Assembly (NCBI GenBank): GCA_044229975.1
Contig: JBGARZ010000017.1
Coordinates: 64,001 to 128,000, forward strand
Direction: 5' to 3'
DNA length: 64,000 bases
Source of the DNA: Polyangiales bacterium
GTDB lineage: Bacteria; Myxococcota_A; Polyangia; Polyangiales; Ga0077539
Shown here: piece after piece, positions 60,582-64,000 of the stretch
How positions within the stretch are numbered: position 1 is the stretch's first letter
How the letters are laid out: the number at the start of each line of letters is the position of its first letter
Translations under genes and position numbers: made by a program
The notes under the pieces: model-generated
What the model was told of the DNA's origin: nothing
Databases searched by the model: none
What the model saw: the letters and a program-made list of their open reading frames with translations, nothing else

Positions 60582-62627
60582 TCACTCGTGCCGGAGGGCG
60601 TCGATCGGGTTGAGCCGCGCCGCGTCGCGCGCGGGGACGAAGCCGAAGACCACACCGACGCCGCACGAGACGAGCATCGCGAGGAGTGCCGTGTCGGTCT
60701 GGAACTGGAGGCTGAAGTCCGTCACCCGCGAGAGCACGAAGCTCGCCCCCACGCCCAGGAGCAGACCCGCGAGGCCTCCGACGCCGGACAGCACCACGGC
60801 CTCGACGAGGAACTGCGCCAGGATGTCCCGCGGGCGCGCCCCGATCGCGAGGCGGATGCCGATCTCGCGCGTCCGCTCGGTGACCGAGACCAGCATGATG
60901 TTCATGACGCCGATGCCGCCCACCAGGAGCGAGATGGAGGCGACGGTGAGCAGCAGCACGCTGATGATCGACTGCTGCGCCTGGAACGAGTTCATGATCT
61001 CGGTGAGGTTGCGCACCGAGAAGTCGTCCTCCTGGCCGGCGTCGATCCGGTGCCGCTGCCGGAGAAGCGCCGTCACCCCGTCCTGGGCGCGGAACACCAG
61101 GTCGGGCCCGCGCGCCGTCACCATGACGGCGTTCACCTGCCCGTTGGGGAGGCGGAAGATCCCGGCGCGGAAGGCGCTGATGGGGACGACCACGGTGTCG
61201 TCCTGGTCCTGGCCGAAGCCGGTCTGGCCGCGCGGGGCGAGCACCGCCACGACGGTGCACGGCATTCGCCCGACGCGCACCTCGCGCCCGGTGGGGTCGT
61301 CCGCGCCGAAGAGCTGGCGGCGCACCGTCTCCCCCAGGACGCACGACCGGGCCGACAGCCGGACCTCGTCGTCGCCCCAGAGCGCACCGAGCGCGGCGTC
61401 CCAGGTCCGCACCGCGAAGTACCCGGGCGTCGTGCCCGTCACCCGCGTCGACCAGTTGAGCTCCCCCGCGACGACCTGCGCGCTCGCGCCGAGGACGGGC
61501 GCGACCGCCGCGACGGACGGCACCTCCCGGCCGATGGCGACGGCGTCCTCGTCGGTGAGGGTGGCAGCGGCGCCCCGCGCTCCGCGCGCGCCGCCGCTGA
61601 CGGTGGGGTTCGGCACGACGACCAGGAGGTTGACCCCGAGCGACGCGAGCTGCGCCGCCATCCGCTGGCGCGCCCCCGCGCCGAGGGCGCTGGTGGTCAC
61701 CACCGCCGCGATGCCGATGAGGATCCCGAGCGCCGTGAGCGAGGTGCGCAGCTTCGCCCGCGAGAGCGCCCGCAACGCGAGCCAGAGCGCGGTCAGCCCC
61801 CGCCACGCGGCGCCCGCCGCGCGTCGCATCGCGCCCCGCGGGGACGTCCCGGCGCCGGCCCCGCGGAGGTCCTCCCGCTGCCACGGCATCACGGCGTCGG
61901 CGGGGGTCGCGATCCGCGGCCGGGTCGCGCGCTCGTCGGACACCACGCGACCGTCGCGCATGCTGATCACCCGCGAGGCGCAGGCCGCGACGTCCGCCTC
62001 GTGGGTGACCATCACGATGGTGAGGCCGTGCTCGCGGTTGAGCCACTGGAGCAGCGCCAGGATCTCCTCGGAGGTCTTCGAGTCGAGGTTGCCGGTGGGC
62101 TCGTCGGCCAGCAGCAGGGCGCGCACCGTCACGAGCGCGCGGGCCGTGGCGACGCGCTGCTGCTGGCCCCCCGAGAGCTGCGCCGCCGTGTGCTTCATGT
62201 GCGCGCCGAGCCCCACCAGCGCGAGGGCGTACCTGCACCGCCGCGCGCGCTCGGCCGCGGGCGTGCCCTGGTGGACCAGCGGCATCTCGACGTTCTCGAG
62301 GGCGCTGGTGCGGGGCAGGAGGTTGAAGCCCTGGAAGATGAACCCCAGGAGCCGGTTGCGCGCCCGCGCGAGCTCGTCGGTCCCGAGGGCCGAGACGTCG
62401 CGCCCGTCGAGGACGAATCGCCCGCTCGTGGGCCGGTCGAGGCACCCGATGACGTTCATGAGGGTGCTCTTGCCCGAGCCCGACGGGCCGACGATCGCCA
62501 CGAACTCGCCGCGCTCGACCCGCAGCGTGGCCCCCTCCAGTGCGACGAAGGTCACCCCGCCGGTGCCGTAGACCTTCCGCACGTTCTCCAGCGAGAGCAT
62601 CGGGGTGGCGGCGAGCGCGCCCTCCAT
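60582..62627 (-). CDS. macB: MacB-family ABC transporter (ATPase + permease)
   Basis: GPSGSGKST, LSGGQQQRV, ADEPTGNLD; VGGIGVMNIMLVSVTERTREIGIR; LNPIDALRHE. Confidence 0.92.
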   Translation of the reverse strand: MEGALAATPMLSLENVRKVYGTGGVTFVALEGATLRVERGEFVAIVGPSGSGKSTLMNVIGCLDRPTSGRFVLDGRDVSALGTDELARARNRLLGFIFQGFNLLPRTSALENVEMPLVHQGTPAAERARRCRYALALVGLGAHMKHTAAQLSGGQQQRVATARALVTVRALLLADEPTGNLDSKTSEEILALLQWLNREHGLTIVMVTHEADVAACASRVISMRDGRVVSDERATRPRIATPADAVMPWQREDLRGAGAGTSPRGAMRRAAGAAWRGLTALWLALRALSRAKLRTSLTALGILIGIAAVVTTSALGAGARQRMAAQLASLGVNLLVVVPNPTVSGGARGARGAAATLTDEDAVAIGREVPSVAAVAPVLGASAQVVAGELNWSTRVTGTTPGYFAVRTWDAALGALWGDDEVRLSARSCVLGETVRRQLFGADDPTGREVRVGRMPCTVVAVLAPRGQTGFGQDQDDTVVVPISAFRAGIFRLPNGQVNAVMVTARGPDLVFRAQDGVTALLRQRHRIDAGQEDDFSVRNLTEIMNSFQAQQSIISVLLLTVASISLLVGGIGVMNIMLVSVTERTREIGIRLAIGARPRDILAQFLVEAVVLSGVGGLAGLLLGVGASFVLSRVTDFSLQFQTDTALLAMLVSCGVGVVFGFVPARDAARLNPIDALRHE

Positions 62628-63901
62628 CAGAACATCCTCATGCGCGCGCCGCCGGTGCTCCTCGCGCCCGCGGCGTCGGTGTCGTCGAGCACCACCTCCT
62701 CGCCGACCCGCAGGCCCGCGCCAGAGACCTCCGTGGCGACGCCGTTGGTGACGCCCACCGCTACCGGCACGGCGACCGCGCGCCCGCCGCGCAGGACGTA
62801 GACCACGCCCGCGCCCGGCGGCGGCTCGACGGACGGTCGCCGGGCCTCGGCGGCGGGCGGCCAGTACCGGAGGGCCGCGTTGGGGACGCAGAGCGCACCG
62901 GGCCGGCGCTGCGTGACGATGGTGATGGTGGCCGTCATCCCCGGGCGCAGCTTGAGCTCCGGGTTGGCGAGCGCGATCACCGTCGCGTATGTCACCACGC
63001 CGCTCGTGGACGTCGGGGTGATGCGGAGCTGCGAGACCTCGCCGCGGAACGTCTCGCGCGGGAACGCGTCGACCCGCGCGACGGCGCCCATGCCCTCGCG
63101 CGGGCGGCCGATGTTGGCCTCGTCGACGTCGGCCATCACCCGCATCTGCGCGAGGTCGTTGGCGATGACGAAGAGCGTGGGCGTCTGGAAGCTCGCGGCG
63201 ACCGTCTGTCCGGGGTCGACCGCGCGCGTCGCGACGACACCGTCGATGGGCGCCTCGATGCGCGTGAACGCGAGGCTGGTCCGCGCCGAACGGAGCGACG
63301 CCCGGGCCTGGGCGACCTGCGCGGTCGCGAGGTTCACCGAGGCCTCGGCCATCTCGCGCTGGGCGGCGGCCTGGTCGACGTCGGCCTGCGCGTTGAGCCC
63401 GCCGGACCGCAGCGCGACGGCGCGCGCGAGCACCCGCTCGGTCAGGCGGTGGTTGGCGCGGTTCTGCGCGAGCGTCGCCTACGCGGCCTGGAGCGAGGCG
63501 GCCGCCTGCTCGACCTGCGCGCGGTAGGTGGTCGCGTCGATCTCCGCCAGCAGGTCGCCGCGGCGGACGCGGCTGTTGAAGTCCACCGCCACGCGCAGGA
63601 TGCGGCCGCTCACCTGGGCGCCGACCTGCACCTCGACGAGCGGCTGCACGGTGCCCGTCGCGCGGATGACCTCCTCGAGGTCGGTACGGGCGACGCGCGC
63701 GGTCAGGTGTCGTGAGGTCACGGGTCGGGGGCGGGCGCGCCACCACGCGAAGGCCCCGGCGGCGAGGGCGAGGAGCGCGAGCGCGAGCGCCAGCCACCGA
63801 AGCCAGCGGCGGTTGGAACGTCCCGCCGGGTCGGTCGCGTCCGAGGGCCCGACGACGACGGCCGGAGGGTCGGCGGCGCCGACGCTTGTTGACGGGGTCA
63901 T
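62627..63901 (-). pseudogene. macA: MacA-like periplasmic adaptor with an in-frame TAG at 63479-63481
   Basis: ATGTVQP..VGAQVSG..VDFN, then QAA*ATLAQ, IEAPIDG, GQTVAASFQTPTLF, LRPGMTA, all in one frame. Confidence 0.85.
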
Positions 63902-64000
63902 CGCGGGTCACCGGCGGCGGTCGCCGCGGTGCGGTGTCTCGGTGGGGTGGAACCCGGGCGTGGATCACGACGTGTCATGGTGGCCTCGCGGCGCTTCGCC

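Noticed and set aside
56180..63481. TAG-to-Gln recoding or pyrrolysine
   Set aside because: TAG ends many intact genes at their expected C-termini (for example rsbS 918, rsbT 1343, SDR 5160, dps 49154), and no pyl genes or suppressor tRNA are visible.
60582..63968. 1128-aa ORF as a single fusion protein
   Set aside because: The N-terminal part is Arg/Pro-rich shadow of macA in another frame; MacB starts at 62627.

Overview
Very GC-rich bacterial DNA; the gene content and style suggest Myxococcota (inference). The window reads as one large low-oxygen, nitrogen-oxide and sulfur adaptation region. In order it holds: a globin-coupled stressosome (rsbR-S-T plus a kinase/phosphatase hybrid); an NtrC-type sigma54 activator and a protoglobin-PAS histidine kinase; ric; an unusual Mo-enzyme operon (Cys-rich leader, NarI-like membrane protein, Nas/Nap-type catalytic subunit, 4x[4Fe-4S] protein, Rieske protein, small membrane protein, TDT channel, MobA); a cbb3 oxidase operon with fused ccoNO; many USP, CBS, BON, hemerythrin and Acg genes; ppsA; a sulfur-handling cluster (two persulfide dioxygenases, rhodanese, TauE-YeeE fusion, second sigma54 activator, sqr-tusE-dsrE2); a Lon-like protease; and macAB. 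Reading the intergenic DNA by eye gave about 25 sigma54 -24/-12 promoter candidates. Nine regions carry tandem GCGCA-N5-TGCGC palindromes spaced 20-21 bp, and a different GAAAC-type repeat sits at the persulfide dioxygenase promoters. Many transcripts look nearly leaderless. A five-cysteine domain I do not recognise occurs twice. About eleven genes carry frameshifts, nonsense codons, deletion scars or lost stops. I saw no rRNA, tRNA, CRISPR array, transposase or integrase. All family calls come from motif recognition, not from database searches.
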